Positions 30,495 through 41,223 of a stretch of DNA of 64,000 bases are shown in pieces (the stretch's first letter is position 1; each line of letters begins with the position of its first letter). This DNA comes from a bacterium (GTDB lineage Bacteria > Zhuqueibacterota > Zhuqueibacteria > Residuimicrobiales > Krinioviventaceae): positions 5,792,001-5,856,000 of the forward strand of contig OY843751.1 of the NCBI GenBank assembly GCA_963693055.1. The letters are read 5' to 3'. The notes beneath the pieces were generated by a model that saw only the letters and a list, made by a program, of their open reading frames with translations, was not told the DNA's origin and ran no database searches. The translations under genes were made by a program, and so were the position numbers.

Positions 30495-31580
30495 TTACTT
30501 TTCAACAATTAAATTAACTTTTTTCAAGGCATCAAGAACACCCTGTGCGATCATTTCTGCATCAACCTTTTCCGCTACAACTTCTTTATCTTTTAAAGCC
30601 TGAGCCAGCTTTTCAGCAAACGCTTCATCAATTTTCAATTCTTTTTCTTCTTCATGGGTTTTAAATTTATCCGGAAACTTGTATCCCAAATAAAAAGCGG
30701 CAGCTTCGGTAAAACCACCGGCAACAACCAAAAAGGTCAACATGTTAAAACCCCACTTTGAAAAATTCTGAAATTGATCGGGATTAAAGGCGTGAAAGAT
30801 ATCATATAACTGCCAGTGAAAGTAAACACTCATATCAAGCAATTGGTTTTTTTCAAAATAGATAATACCTACAATTGCAAAAATCATGGTAATAATACCC
30901 AAATTCATAATCTGGGTAGGAGCTGAATATAAAAAGTTTTCTCTAAATTGCTTGTCTTTTTCCATTAAATTATTATTTCTAAATTGTACCAGCTTTCGAA
31001 TAGGAATCACAAAGATACCCCAAAAGAATGCCGCAATTGCCACAACTTGAAACGTTATTCCAATTACTGTTTGAAAGAGATACACTTCGGCAGTTGGGTT
31101 CATAACCTCTGTTAATATGCGAATTCTTTCACCAAAACCGGAAACAAGTATCACCAGCATGAGGAAAAGAACCAGCAAGATCACTTTAACAACAGCGGTA
31201 ACATCTACAATCTTGCCCATTTCACCAAGATTATACTCACTTGTTAAACCATCGATGATATTTTTCATATCCAGCTTGACCTGATCGCTGCCATGAGCTT
31301 CAAGCAATTTTCGAATTTGAACTTCATTTAACAGGTCAGCTTTTTCCGGGGATTTTAAAAAAGGCACCAAATATTTAACAAGAAACCAAAAACCGGTAAA
31401 AAAGCCTCTTTTTTGATGATCTTCTCGTTGTTTTTGATAAATATTTTCTTCAAATATAGCAACAACCTCTTTTGCAATAGCTGGATTATGAAAATATGCC
31501 TTTTTCCTGGTTAATTTCAATAAATTGTCTTTAGAAAGATCATACTTTATCAAACCAAACATCGAGTTTAATTTACCCAT
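30495..31580 (-). CDS. Polytopic membrane protein with a GldL/PorL-like TM hairpin
   Basis: ENFLY-x9-G and AGGFTEAAAFYL match the GldL TM1 (MNFAY-x9-G) and TM2 (IGLLTEALIFAL) patterns (recalled). Intramembrane Glu292. Confidence 0.6.
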   Translation of the reverse strand: MGKLNSMFGLIKYDLSKDNLLKLTRKKAYFHNPAIAKEVVAIFEENIYQKQREDHQKRGFFTGFWFLVKYLVPFLKSPEKADLLNEVQIRKLLEAHGSDQVKLDMKNIIDGLTSEYNLGEMGKIVDVTAVVKVILLVLFLMLVILVSGFGERIRILTEVMNPTAEVYLFQTVIGITFQVVAIAAFFWGIFVIPIRKLVQFRNNNLMEKDKQFRENFLYSAPTQIMNLGIITMIFAIVGIIYFEKNQLLDMSVYFHWQLYDIFHAFNPDQFQNFSKWGFNMLTFLVVAGGFTEAAAFYLGYKFPDKFKTHEEEKELKIDEAFAEKLAQALKDKEVVAEKVDAEMIAQGVLDALKKVNLIVEK

Positions 31581-31637
31581 TTTTATACCTCATATAGACA
31601 GTTTGTTGTATCAGTGAACATAATATTTTTAAAAAGG

Positions 31638-31691
31638 ATTATACTTCCCAGCCCAATTTTTTAAAGTAATTTTTTTATATTTGAAATGCAA
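31638..31691 (-). promoter_or_regulatory. Candidate sigma70 promoter(s) for the three-gene unit
   Basis: TTGCAT-17 nt-TACTTT (31691-31663) and a separate perfect TATAAT (31643-31638). Confidence 0.4.
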
Positions 31692-31717
31692 CTAAAAGTT
31701 TCTGTATTTACAGTACC

Positions 31718-31757
31718 AAAAAAAATTAAGCGGCACCAAATAAATTCAATGCCGCTT
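31718..31757 (-). terminator. Terminator of the atp operon
   Basis: AAGCGGCA/TGCCGCTT stem downstream of atpC, followed by a T run on the minus strand. Confidence 0.65.
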
Positions 31758-31799
31758 TATACGTATCAATTATTATACCAAAATAAAACAAGAAGCCTA

Positions 31800-32204
31800 T
31801 TATCTCGAAGCAACCTCCAAACGATTCAAAGCTCGCATCAGAGAGGCATTTGCTCTTGCCATGCTGGTTTCAGCTTGTTTTTCATCAAGGCGTTTTTGAG
31901 CACGTTCACGTGATTTTTGAGCACGTTCAACATCAATATCACCGGAAGCTTCTGCAGTTTCTGCCAGTATGGTCATTTTATTATCTGCAACTTCAACAAA
32001 ACCACCGCTAATCGCATAAACCAGTTCTTCTTTACCAGCTGTTATCTCTACTCTGCCAATTTTAAGTACTGTTAAAAATGGAATATGGTTCACTTTGACA
32101 CCAAAATATCCATTTTTGGCAGGTGCTTTAACATGCTCAACATCAGCCGAGTAAACGACCTTTTCAGGAGTAATAATTTCCAGTTTAAATTGTTTTTCTG
32201 CCAT
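31800..32204 (-). CDS. atpC: ATP synthase F1 epsilon subunit
   Basis: LEIITPE...GYFGV...H.PF...SGGFVEV...DIDVERA. Confidence 0.97.
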   Translation of the reverse strand: MAEKQFKLEIITPEKVVYSADVEHVKAPAKNGYFGVKVNHIPFLTVLKIGRVEITAGKEELVYAISGGFVEVADNKMTILAETAEASGDIDVERAQKSRERAQKRLDEKQAETSMARANASLMRALNRLEVASR

Positions 32205-32224
32205 GGTCGTATTTATTTATCCTG

Positions 32225-33661
<1,437 letters not shown>

Positions 33662-33681
33662 CTAATAAGCTCGACTAAGGG

Positions 33682-34542
33682 TTAACCTTTAAGTGCTTCA
33701 GCGCCGCTGACAATTTCATTCAGCTCTGTCGTAATCGCTGCCTGCCGCGCTTTATTATAAAATAATGTCAATTCTTTAATCATTTCCTGAGCATTTTCGG
33801 ATGCTGTTTCCATTGCAGTCATCCTAGCGCCAAATTCCGAAGTAGCAGACTCTAATAGAATTTTCCATATCTGGAATTTCAAGCTCATCGGTATCAGGGT
33901 ATCCAGAATAACTTCAGGATTCGGCTCATATACATACCCTGCGGAAGTAGTTTCTTCATCAGATGAACTGGGCACTACCGGCAATACCTGTTCAACTGTC
34001 AATTCCTGCTGAACGGCATTGCGAAATTTATTATAAATAAAATAGACCCGATCGTATTTACCGGTTTTAAAATCGTTCATTAATACGTTGGCAACTTTTT
34101 GAGCGTTTGAAAACTCTAAATTGTTAAACACATCAATATAATGGGCAGCAATGGGATACGAACGACGTTTAAAAAACTCGTATCCTTTTCGGCCAATCGG
34201 TATTAAATACTTGTGATCTGCTTCACAAGCGGCCCATTCTTCTTGTGCTCTACGTATTAAATTGGTATTAAAACTACCACACAAACCTTTATCGCCGGTA
34301 AGTAAAACAAAACAAACACGTTTGGGACTACGTTTTCTCAACATCGGATGCTTGTTTTGTTTTGACTTTCTCGCCACATTCCCTAAAACCTGCTCAAGCT
34401 TTTGTGAATATGGCCGGGTTCGAATCAGTCTGAGCTGAGATTTATTCAATTTTGCCGCTGCCACCATTTTCATGGCGCGTGTAATCTGCATTGTGCTTTT
34501 TACACTGGCAATACGACCTTTAATCTCTCGTAATGTTGCCAT
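33682..34542 (-). CDS. atpG: ATP synthase F1 gamma subunit
   Basis: ITRAMKMVAA, DKGLCGSFN and RQAAITTELNEIVSGAEAL motifs. Confidence 0.98.
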   Translation of the reverse strand: MATLREIKGRIASVKSTMQITRAMKMVAAAKLNKSQLRLIRTRPYSQKLEQVLGNVARKSKQNKHPMLRKRSPKRVCFVLLTGDKGLCGSFNTNLIRRAQEEWAACEADHKYLIPIGRKGYEFFKRRSYPIAAHYIDVFNNLEFSNAQKVANVLMNDFKTGKYDRVYFIYNKFRNAVQQELTVEQVLPVVPSSSDEETTSAGYVYEPNPEVILDTLIPMSLKFQIWKILLESATSEFGARMTAMETASENAQEMIKELTLFYNKARQAAITTELNEIVSGAEALKG

Positions 34543-34546
34543 TTAT

Positions 34547-36058
34547 CTATTCCGTTCTAAACATTTTAACAAATTCGGCGCAAGCGTTTTTCAATTTTCC
34601 AACAATATCATCCGTTAGTTCTTGTTTTTCACGAATATCACGCAACACGTCATCATGACTGGATTCCATAAATTTATGGAATTCAGCTTCTGCGCGAACT
34701 ACCTGGTCTGCCGGAATTTCATCGAGATAACCGTTAACACCTAAATAAATAACGGCAACCTGTTTTTCAACTGTTAATGGCTGATATTGATTCTGTTTTA
34801 GCAACTCTACCAGACGTTGACCACGATTTAATTGCTGCTGTGTAGTTTTGTCCAGATCTGAACCGAATTTTGCAAAAGATTCAAGTTCACGATATTGAGC
34901 AAGATCCATACGCAGACTACCCGCAATCTTTTTCATAGCTTTGATCTGTGCATTACCACCCACACGTGATACTGAGATACCAGCGTTAACACCCGGACGA
35001 ACACCCGCGTTAAACAAACCCGGTTCAAGATAAATCTGACCGTCAGTAATGGAAACAACGTTGGTTGGGATGTATGCTGAAAAGTCACCAGCCTGGGTTT
35101 CAATGATCGGCAGAGCGGTCAATGAACCACCACCCAGTTTATCGCTCAGTTTAGACGCACGTTCAAGGAGACGTGAATGAAGATAAAACACATCACCAGG
35201 ATACGCTTCACGACCCGGAGGACGACGAAGCAGCAGTGACAACTGACGATACGCCCAAGCGTGCTTGGTTAAATCGTCATAAGCGATCAGTGCGTGTTGT
35301 CCGTTATCGCGGAAATACTCACCCATGGCTGCTCCGGCATAAGGAGCAATGTACTGCAAGGGTGCCGGTGAATCGGCAGGTGCTGCAACAATGATTGTAT
35401 GCTTTAACGCGCCTTCTTCTTCAAGGTTTTGTACAAGCTGAGCAACCGTAGATGCTTTTTGACCAATCGCTACATAAATACAGAACACATCTGTATTACG
35501 CTGGTTAATAATAGTATCAACAACGATAGCGGTTTTTCCAATTTGACGGTCTCCAATGATCAACTCACGTTGTCCACGACCAATTGGAATCATAGAGTCA
35601 ATAGCTTTAATACCTGTCTGCAACGGTTCGGTTACCGGCTGACGAGCAACAACACCCAAAGCTTTACGCTCAACAGGATAGGTTTGTTTTGTATTGATAG
35701 GTCCTTTACCGTCCAGAGGTTGGCCCAAGGGGTTAACAACGCGGCCCAGCACCTCAGGGCCTACAGGAACTTCAATAACGCGATTGGTACGTTTGGCAAT
35801 ATCACCTTCTTTAATCTTACGGTCTTCACCGAACAATACACAACCTACGTTATCTTCTTCAAGGTTTAATGCCATTCCAAAAACGTCATTTGGGAACTCT
35901 ACAAGTTCCATTGCCATAACGTTTTCCAACCCATATACACGGGCAATTCCGTCACCAACCTGAAGAACCTCTCCAACTTCCTGGACGTCTACCTTTTTCT
36001 CAAATTGTTCAATCTGTTTTTTTAAGACTGAGGTAATTTCTTCTGGTCTTATTTCCAT
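34547..36058 (-). CDS. atpA: ATP synthase F1 alpha subunit
   Basis: [17 protein letters not shown] and [23 protein letters not shown] motifs. Confidence 0.99.
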   Translation of the reverse strand: MEIRPEEITSVLKKQIEQFEKKVDVQEVGEVLQVGDGIARVYGLENVMAMELVEFPNDVFGMALNLEEDNVGCVLFGEDRKIKEGDIAKRTNRVIEVPVGPEVLGRVVNPLGQPLDGKGPINTKQTYPVERKALGVVARQPVTEPLQTGIKAIDSMIPIGRGQRELIIGDRQIGKTAIVVDTIINQRNTDVFCIYVAIGQKASTVAQLVQNLEEEGALKHTIIVAAPADSPAPLQYIAPYAGAAMGEYFRDNGQHALIAYDDLTKHAWAYRQLSLLLRRPPGREAYPGDVFYLHSRLLERASKLSDKLGGGSLTALPIIETQAGDFSAYIPTNVVSITDGQIYLEPGLFNAGVRPGVNAGISVSRVGGNAQIKAMKKIAGSLRMDLAQYRELESFAKFGSDLDKTTQQQLNRGQRLVELLKQNQYQPLTVEKQVAVIYLGVNGYLDEIPADQVVRAEAEFHKFMESSHDDVLRDIREKQELTDDIVGKLKNACAEFVKMFRTE

Positions 36059-36142
36059 ATGCTTTCTAATACCTCCATGAGGTCAAATGTTTATAATAAT
36101 AAACCAGAACAACGATGTTCTTTGTAATTATAACCAATTTTA

Positions 36143-36694
36143 TTAAGCAAACGCTTCTGATTTTAATAATTCATGGCGCAATGTTTTCAACTGAGACAAC
36201 AAACTGTCATCAACAATCTGGCCTTCAACCTGTATAATAATTCCGCCAAGAATTTCAGGGTTTACCTTGTTTTCCAAAACGATATTTGCTTTAAAAGAAT
36301 CAGACAAAAGCCTAGTAATGTCTTGCTTTTGAGCGTCTGAAACAGGTATAACCGTGGTAACAACCGCGTTTAAGCGGTTGTGTTTTTTATCTGCAAAGCG
36401 TTCAAGGAAAAACACAATCTGTTCAAAGAACTCGATTCTGCTTTTCTGCACCAATAACAATATAAATTGATAGACCACAGGGTCTAACTTTTCTTTAAAT
36501 ATCTTATCCAGGGTTTCAATTTTATGAGCTTTTTCAGTATTGGGAGAATAGAAATATTCTGCAACACTTTTGTCTTGCTCAAGAATAGTCGCAAAAGATT
36601 TGATCTCACCATAAAGTGAGTCAAATTTGTTTTTTTCTTCAGCTAGCTCAAAAAAAGCCCTGGCATATCTTTTTGCAACCGGATGTATTCTCAA
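36143..36694 (-). CDS. atpH: ATP synthase delta subunit
   Basis: AKRYARAFF and PEILGGIII motifs. Operon position. Confidence 0.96.
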   Translation of the reverse strand: MRIHPVAKRYARAFFELAEEKNKFDSLYGEIKSFATILEQDKSVAEYFYSPNTEKAHKIETLDKIFKEKLDPVVYQFILLLVQKSRIEFFEQIVFFLERFADKKHNRLNAVVTTVIPVSDAQKQDITRLLSDSFKANIVLENKVNPEILGGIIIQVEGQIVDDSLLSQLKTLRHELLKSEAFA

Positions 36695-37185
36695 TTCATA
36701 TCTTCCATTTTTTTCAATGAACTTTGAATGATGGTTTCATGTTCGCTTTTATCCAGCGATTTACCAATCAATTTTTGAGTAGCTGCCATTGATAACTCTA
36801 CAGCCAGCGCCTGAATATCTTCAAGCGCTTTATCGCGGCTTAATTCAATTTCTCGCTTGGCTGTTTCAAGCATTCCTTGAGCTTCAGAATTGGCTTTTTC
36901 AATGATTTCATCTTTAACCAATTCAGCAGATTTCCGGCTTTTTGCAAGGATATCCTGGGCCTCTTTGCGGGCTTGATCCAGAATTTCTTCTTGCTTGCCG
37001 GAAGCGTCCTGTACTTCTCGTTTTGCAGTTTCCGCAGCTTCAAGAGCTTCCTTAATTTTGGTTTCTCTTTCAGCAAGTCCCTGTAAAATCGGTTTCCAGG
37101 CAACTTTGCTCAAAATAAGCAGCAAAATAACAAATGTGACGAAGGTCCAAAATAATGTACCTCCATGCGGTGTCATTAATTCCAT
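36691..37185 (-). CDS. atpF: ATP synthase Fo b subunit
   Basis: FWTFVTFVILLLIL...WKPI...ERE followed by a long coiled coil. Confidence 0.96.
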   Translation of the reverse strand: MELMTPHGGTLFWTFVTFVILLLILSKVAWKPILQGLAERETKIKEALEAAETAKREVQDASGKQEEILDQARKEAQDILAKSRKSAELVKDEIIEKANSEAQGMLETAKREIELSRDKALEDIQALAVELSMAATQKLIGKSLDKSEHETIIQSSLKKMEDMN

Positions 37186-37212
37186 ATTATAAATTCGCTT
37201 TTTTTTAGTTTA

Positions 37213-37440
37213 TTATTTTACACTTAACAAAAAGCAGATAGCAGCTGACAACAAAGCAACACCTTCAATCATCGCTGCGGTAATAATCATAGCGCCACGA
37301 ATTTCGCCAGTTGCTTCAGGCTGTCTTGCAATTCCCTGCATAGCTGCGCTAGCAAGTTTACTAATACCAAATGCTGCTGCAAAAGTTACACCTGCTGCTC
37401 CAATTCCACCTGCCAAATAGGCCATTGCTTGTGCTTCCAT
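37213..37440 (-). CDS. atpE: ATP synthase Fo c subunit (H+-type)
   Basis: ARQPE loop and IEGVA carboxylate. Lacks the Q...ES/T Na+ motif. Confidence 0.97.
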   Translation of the reverse strand: MEAQAMAYLAGGIGAAGVTFAAAFGISKLASAAMQGIARQPEATGEIRGAMIITAAMIEGVALLSAAICFLLSVK

Positions 37441-37492
37441 TTTTCCTCCTGTAATAGAGATAAGTTAAACGTTTTACTATTATTTTTGTTTT

Positions 37493-38335
37493 TTAATGTT
37501 CAGAGGCCATTGCTGCGCCAATGAACACGGCCGACAATATTGTAAATACATAGGCCTGAATAAATGCAATTAAAATTTCCAATAACGCGCTGAAAACAAT
37601 AATCAGCAAAGGCGCTGGCGCAATAAGCCAGCTTTTAAACATAAAGATCAAAGACATAATTGCCAGAATAGTAATATGACCGGCAATCATATTTGCAAAC
37701 AAACGAATAGCAAGAGCAATATGTTTTGCCATCAAACTTACAATTTCAACCGGAATCATAATGGGTATAATGAAAATTGGTAGTCCACCGGGAATCAAGT
37801 GCTTAAAATTCCCAATCACACCATGTGCACGAATACCGGCAATTTGCCCCATTGCCATAGTTAACAGAGCCAAAGCTGCGGTAACACCAATGTTACCTGT
37901 TGCGGTTGCGGCTCCGGGAACCAGTCCCATCAGATTACACAACAAAATAAAGAAAAATGCTGTTAACAGATAGGGTGCATAAATCATTCCATGATGACCC
38001 ATATTGGGCAAAATCAAATCATCTCTTAAATATTCAACTGTTGCTTCTAATGCATTTGCCAAACCAGTGGGGACCAGTTTTTTCTTACGAAAGGACCACC
38101 AGAATGCCAAAATTAATATTGCGGAAACAATCCACATCATCAAAATATGATTGGTAATGGTAAGATCTATACCAAAAACTGTGGGTAATTTGATCACGGG
38201 TTGTGCCAAAAGGTGATGCATCACAAAATCCGCACCACCGCCGCTTCCATGTTCCGCAGCATGGGCAGCGTGTTCAGCAGCCTGATGAGCGTTTGCACCG
38301 TGTTCAGCTACATGTTCTGTGAATTTTTCGACCAT
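37493..38335 (-). CDS. atpB: ATP synthase Fo a subunit
   Basis: LAIRLFANMIAGH and IQAYVFTILS motifs. His-rich N-terminus. Confidence 0.97.
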   Translation of the reverse strand: MVEKFTEHVAEHGANAHQAAEHAAHAAEHGSGGGADFVMHHLLAQPVIKLPTVFGIDLTITNHILMMWIVSAILILAFWWSFRKKKLVPTGLANALEATVEYLRDDLILPNMGHHGMIYAPYLLTAFFFILLCNLMGLVPGAATATGNIGVTAALALLTMAMGQIAGIRAHGVIGNFKHLIPGGLPIFIIPIMIPVEIVSLMAKHIALAIRLFANMIAGHITILAIMSLIFMFKSWLIAPAPLLIIVFSALLEILIAFIQAYVFTILSAVFIGAAMASEH

Positions 38336-38337
38336 AA

Positions 38338-38781
38338 TCAGACTAATTTATTCCTTTTCAGTTCACGATTTATAATATTAATTTCAAAAATTTGCATTAA
38401 AACATAAAACACCACAAAGGATATTACATATGCAGTTAATGACCACTCGGGAAAAAATAAGTAAAGAACAAACATGATGGCAATAAACAATAAAAATCGA
38501 AGAGCCATACCGCCGTAAAGAACTATATAGAATGTTTTAGCGTTTTTGTTAAACGCCCATTGCAAGGAGTAATAACCCGCTATAATACTTACGACGCTGG
38601 TTAGATACCCTAAAAGTACGGATTTAAAAACAGAAATGCCAGAAAAAAAATTCAAGCCCGCCTGTCCTAATACAAATATTACAAAAGTTAACAATAGGAA
38701 CCCGAGTAGAGATGGGCTGTCACTATTTTTTTTTCGAACTGTCATTTTTGTCGTCTTTTGAGAAAACCTCTTTGTAAACAT
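38338..38781 (-). CDS. atpI: ATP synthase protein I-like membrane protein (start uncertain)
   Basis: Four TM segments with a GGMALRF motif. Directly upstream of atpB. Confidence 0.7.
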   Translation of the reverse strand: MFTKRFSQKTTKMTVRKKNSDSPSLLGFLLLTFVIFVLGQAGLNFFSGISVFKSVLLGYLTSVVSIIAGYYSLQWAFNKNAKTFYIVLYGGMALRFLLFIAIMFVLYLFFPEWSLTAYVISFVVFYVLMQIFEINIINRELKRNKLV

Positions 38782-38941
38782 TCAAAAACCCTGCAGTTGC
38801 TCCTAGCAAAAGGCCCAAGACCAAAAACAGGGGCATGGTATTTAATTTATTGTCCAAATAATATCCCCCGTACGTACACAGACCTATTGCCACAGCTAAC
38901 TGTAAGCCTAAATCAAACGAACGGGCGACATTGCTCTTCAC
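38723..38941 (-). CDS. AtpZ/AtpI-family (ATPase gene 1) small membrane protein
   Basis: GYYLDNKLNTMPLFLVLGLLLG...GF signature. Confidence 0.88.
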   Translation of the reverse strand: MKSNVARSFDLGLQLAVAIGLCTYGGYYLDNKLNTMPLFLVLGLLLGATAGFLNVYKEVFSKDDKNDSSKKK

Positions 38942-38956
38942 TTATAAAACCTGCGC

Positions 38957-39376
38957 TTAATGAGATTGCACTTTAAATGTTGGTTCAATCTTGTTCATAT
39001 TATCGTTCTTTTTTAGAACGTCAATACCTTTTTTCTCTTCACCAAGCATTGAACATTTACCATCAAATGTTGCACCCTCGTCTATTACGAGTTTTCGGGT
39101 TTTCATATCACCATGAAATTCGGAGCGGCTTTCAAGAACGGTTTTTCCGTCTACATCTACAATTCCGCTCAATTTACCACCAACAACCAAATTTTTGGCT
39201 TTTACATTACCTTCAATTTCACCCTCTTTGCCGACTACTAGGGTATCAGATGTTTTGATATCTCCTTTGACACGGCCGTCTACTCGCAGGCTGTGTTCCA
39301 CAGAGATGACACCTTCAAACAAGGCGCCTTTTCCAAGTATGGTGTTTAACTCACCAGGTTTGTCTAAATTTTTCAT
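38957..39376 (-). CDS. Bactofilin (polymer-forming cytoskeletal protein, CcmA family)
   Basis: TILGKGALFEG...LRVDG...GDI...IDEGATFDGKCSM. Confidence 0.95.
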   Translation of the reverse strand: MKNLDKPGELNTILGKGALFEGVISVEHSLRVDGRVKGDIKTSDTLVVGKEGEIEGNVKAKNLVVGGKLSGIVDVDGKTVLESRSEFHGDMKTRKLVIDEGATFDGKCSMLGEEKKGIDVLKKNDNMNKIEPTFKVQSH

Positions 39377-39418
39377 AAGCCTACCAGAAATATATGAATG
39401 GTTAATAATTATTATCTA

Positions 39419-40321
39419 TTAATAATCTGCAAACGCTAGCAGATACTCTTTCGGATCTAACGAAACTCCATCTTTCCATATCTCAAAATGCAAATGGTGT
39501 CCCGAACTGATACCTGAATTGCCCAATAAAGCAATACTGTCACCTTTTTTTACAACTGAATTTCTATCTACCAATAGCTGCTGATTATGACCGTAATAGG
39601 TAAAATATCCGCCGCCATGATATAAAATTGCCAAGTTGCCCAAATCATAAGTCCAGCCTGCAAAAATCACAATTCCATCCGCAGCAGCCTTAATTGGGGC
39701 CCCTCTTTCACCTGCAATATCTATGCCGCGATGACTAGACTTGCCGCTCTGATTCATAAACTCGTAATCATTACTTAATACGCCTTGCACAGGTAGATAT
39801 GTGGGAACACTTTTTACAAAATTGTCATGAATTATTTTTTTGGTTCGGGTCAATCTTCCAAAACGCTCGGTTGTCTTTGGAGTTGACGACACATCTCGCA
39901 TAACCGGGGTTGGCGCTTCTCTAACAACCGGTACCACACTCGGAACAACCTCCGGGGAGAGTTCTTCCTGTATAGAAACAGCAGCATTTCCCGTACCATT
40001 TGTATAATCCAGACCTAACGCGCCACGTATCTTTGTTTGAGAGCTTTCAAGATCTTCAAATTTAGCAATTAGCTCATAAATTCTTTTGTTATTATCTTCG
40101 AGCTGAAGATTTACCTGCCTCAACTCTTTGTTTTTACTGTACACACGATAATATTGAAAATAAAAAACCGCGCCGGCAACAATGTGCAAAACCAGCAATA
40201 CTGCCAAAAATTGCAAAACTTTTAATCTTCGTATGGATATACTATAGGCCTTGGGTTCATCCTTGTCGTCTGGAATGACGAGGATTTGCAGAGATTTACG
40301 GTGCTTTCTGGCTTTATTCAT
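39419..40321 (-). CDS. M23-family metallopeptidase with TM and coiled coil
   Basis: HRGID, YGH and SSGHHLHFEI motifs. Confidence 0.93.
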   Translation of the reverse strand: MNKARKHRKSLQILVIPDDKDEPKAYSISIRRLKVLQFLAVLLVLHIVAGAVFYFQYYRVYSKNKELRQVNLQLEDNNKRIYELIAKFEDLESSQTKIRGALGLDYTNGTGNAAVSIQEELSPEVVPSVVPVVREAPTPVMRDVSSTPKTTERFGRLTRTKKIIHDNFVKSVPTYLPVQGVLSNDYEFMNQSGKSSHRGIDIAGERGAPIKAAADGIVIFAGWTYDLGNLAILYHGGGYFTYYGHNQQLLVDRNSVVKKGDSIALLGNSGISSGHHLHFEIWKDGVSLDPKEYLLAFADY

Positions 40322-40329
40322 ATATTATC

Positions 40330-41223
40330 TCAATCTTCATTTATAACGTTGACCAGGCGGTCAAGATCATCACTGTCATAATACTCTAGTTCTATTACGC
40401 CGCCATTTGCGCGTGGTTTAATATTTACCTTCGTTGCAAGCTTGATGCGTAATTTATTTTCCATCTCTTCCAGATAATAATCTTTTTTAGACGGAACGGT
40501 CTTTTTTTCCTTTTTAACGGGATTCGCAGCATCCCTGGCCATTTTTTCCGTATTGCGGACAGAAAGACCCTCATTGAGAATTTTTTTCCATATGGCAAGC
40601 TGGTGCTCTTTATCATTCAAGGCCAACAATGCCTTGGCGTGCCCCATGGACAAATCTCCTGAACGGGCACTTTCCTGGATGAGTTTGGGTAATTTCAGCA
40701 GTCTTAAAAAATTTGCAACCGTAGCCCGGTCTTTACCCACTTTTCGGGCGACTACTTCCTGGGTTAGATTACATTCTTTAATTAAACGCTGGTAACTGTG
40801 AGCAATATCGATAGGATTCAAATCTTCACGATGAATATTCTCAATGATAGACAGCTCCATCATCTCTTCATCGCTGTCAATTTCAAGAATGTACGCAGGA
40901 ATTTCTTCAATACCTAAACCGGTAACTGCCCGTAAACGCCGCTCACCTGCAATCAACTGATAAGCACCATCATAAGGACGTACCGTAATTGGCTGCACAA
41001 CACCTTTTTCGGCTATTGAATTCTGTAGCTCTTCCAGCTTGACAGGGTCAAAAATCTCGCGGGGTTGAAACGGATTTGGAGATATTTTTGAAACCAGTAT
41101 AAACCGGATGTTGCTGGTATTTGTACTTTCTGCCGGTGTTTGCTGCTTTTCCTGACTTTCAGCCGGAGGCGCATCTGGTATTAGCGCCTGCAAACCTCTA
41201 CCCAGCGCTTTTCTGTTCGCCAT
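40330..41223 (-). CDS. parB: Chromosome partitioning protein ParB
   Basis: LGRGLQALI, PNPFQPR, AGERRLRA and ENIHREDL motifs plus an HTH. Confidence 0.97.
   Translation of the reverse strand: MANRKALGRGLQALIPDAPPAESQEKQQTPAESTNTSNIRFILVSKISPNPFQPREIFDPVKLEELQNSIAEKGVVQPITVRPYDGAYQLIAGERRLRAVTGLGIEEIPAYILEIDSDEEMMELSIIENIHREDLNPIDIAHSYQRLIKECNLTQEVVARKVGKDRATVANFLRLLKLPKLIQESARSGDLSMGHAKALLALNDKEHQLAIWKKILNEGLSVRNTEKMARDAANPVKKEKKTVPSKKDYYLEEMENKLRIKLATKVNIKPRANGGVIELEYYDSDDLDRLVNVINED

Noticed and set aside
30495-31580. MotA/ExbB/TolQ assignment for the 361-aa protein
   Set aside because: It lacks the GxxGTxxG and ALxTTxxG motifs. The partner TM has Arg/Tyr rather than the conserved Asp of MotB/ExbD, which fits GldL/GldM better.
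31904-31913. parS-like GTTCACGTGA
   Set aside because: It is only a partial match to TGTTTCACGTGAAACA and falls inside atpC coding sequence.
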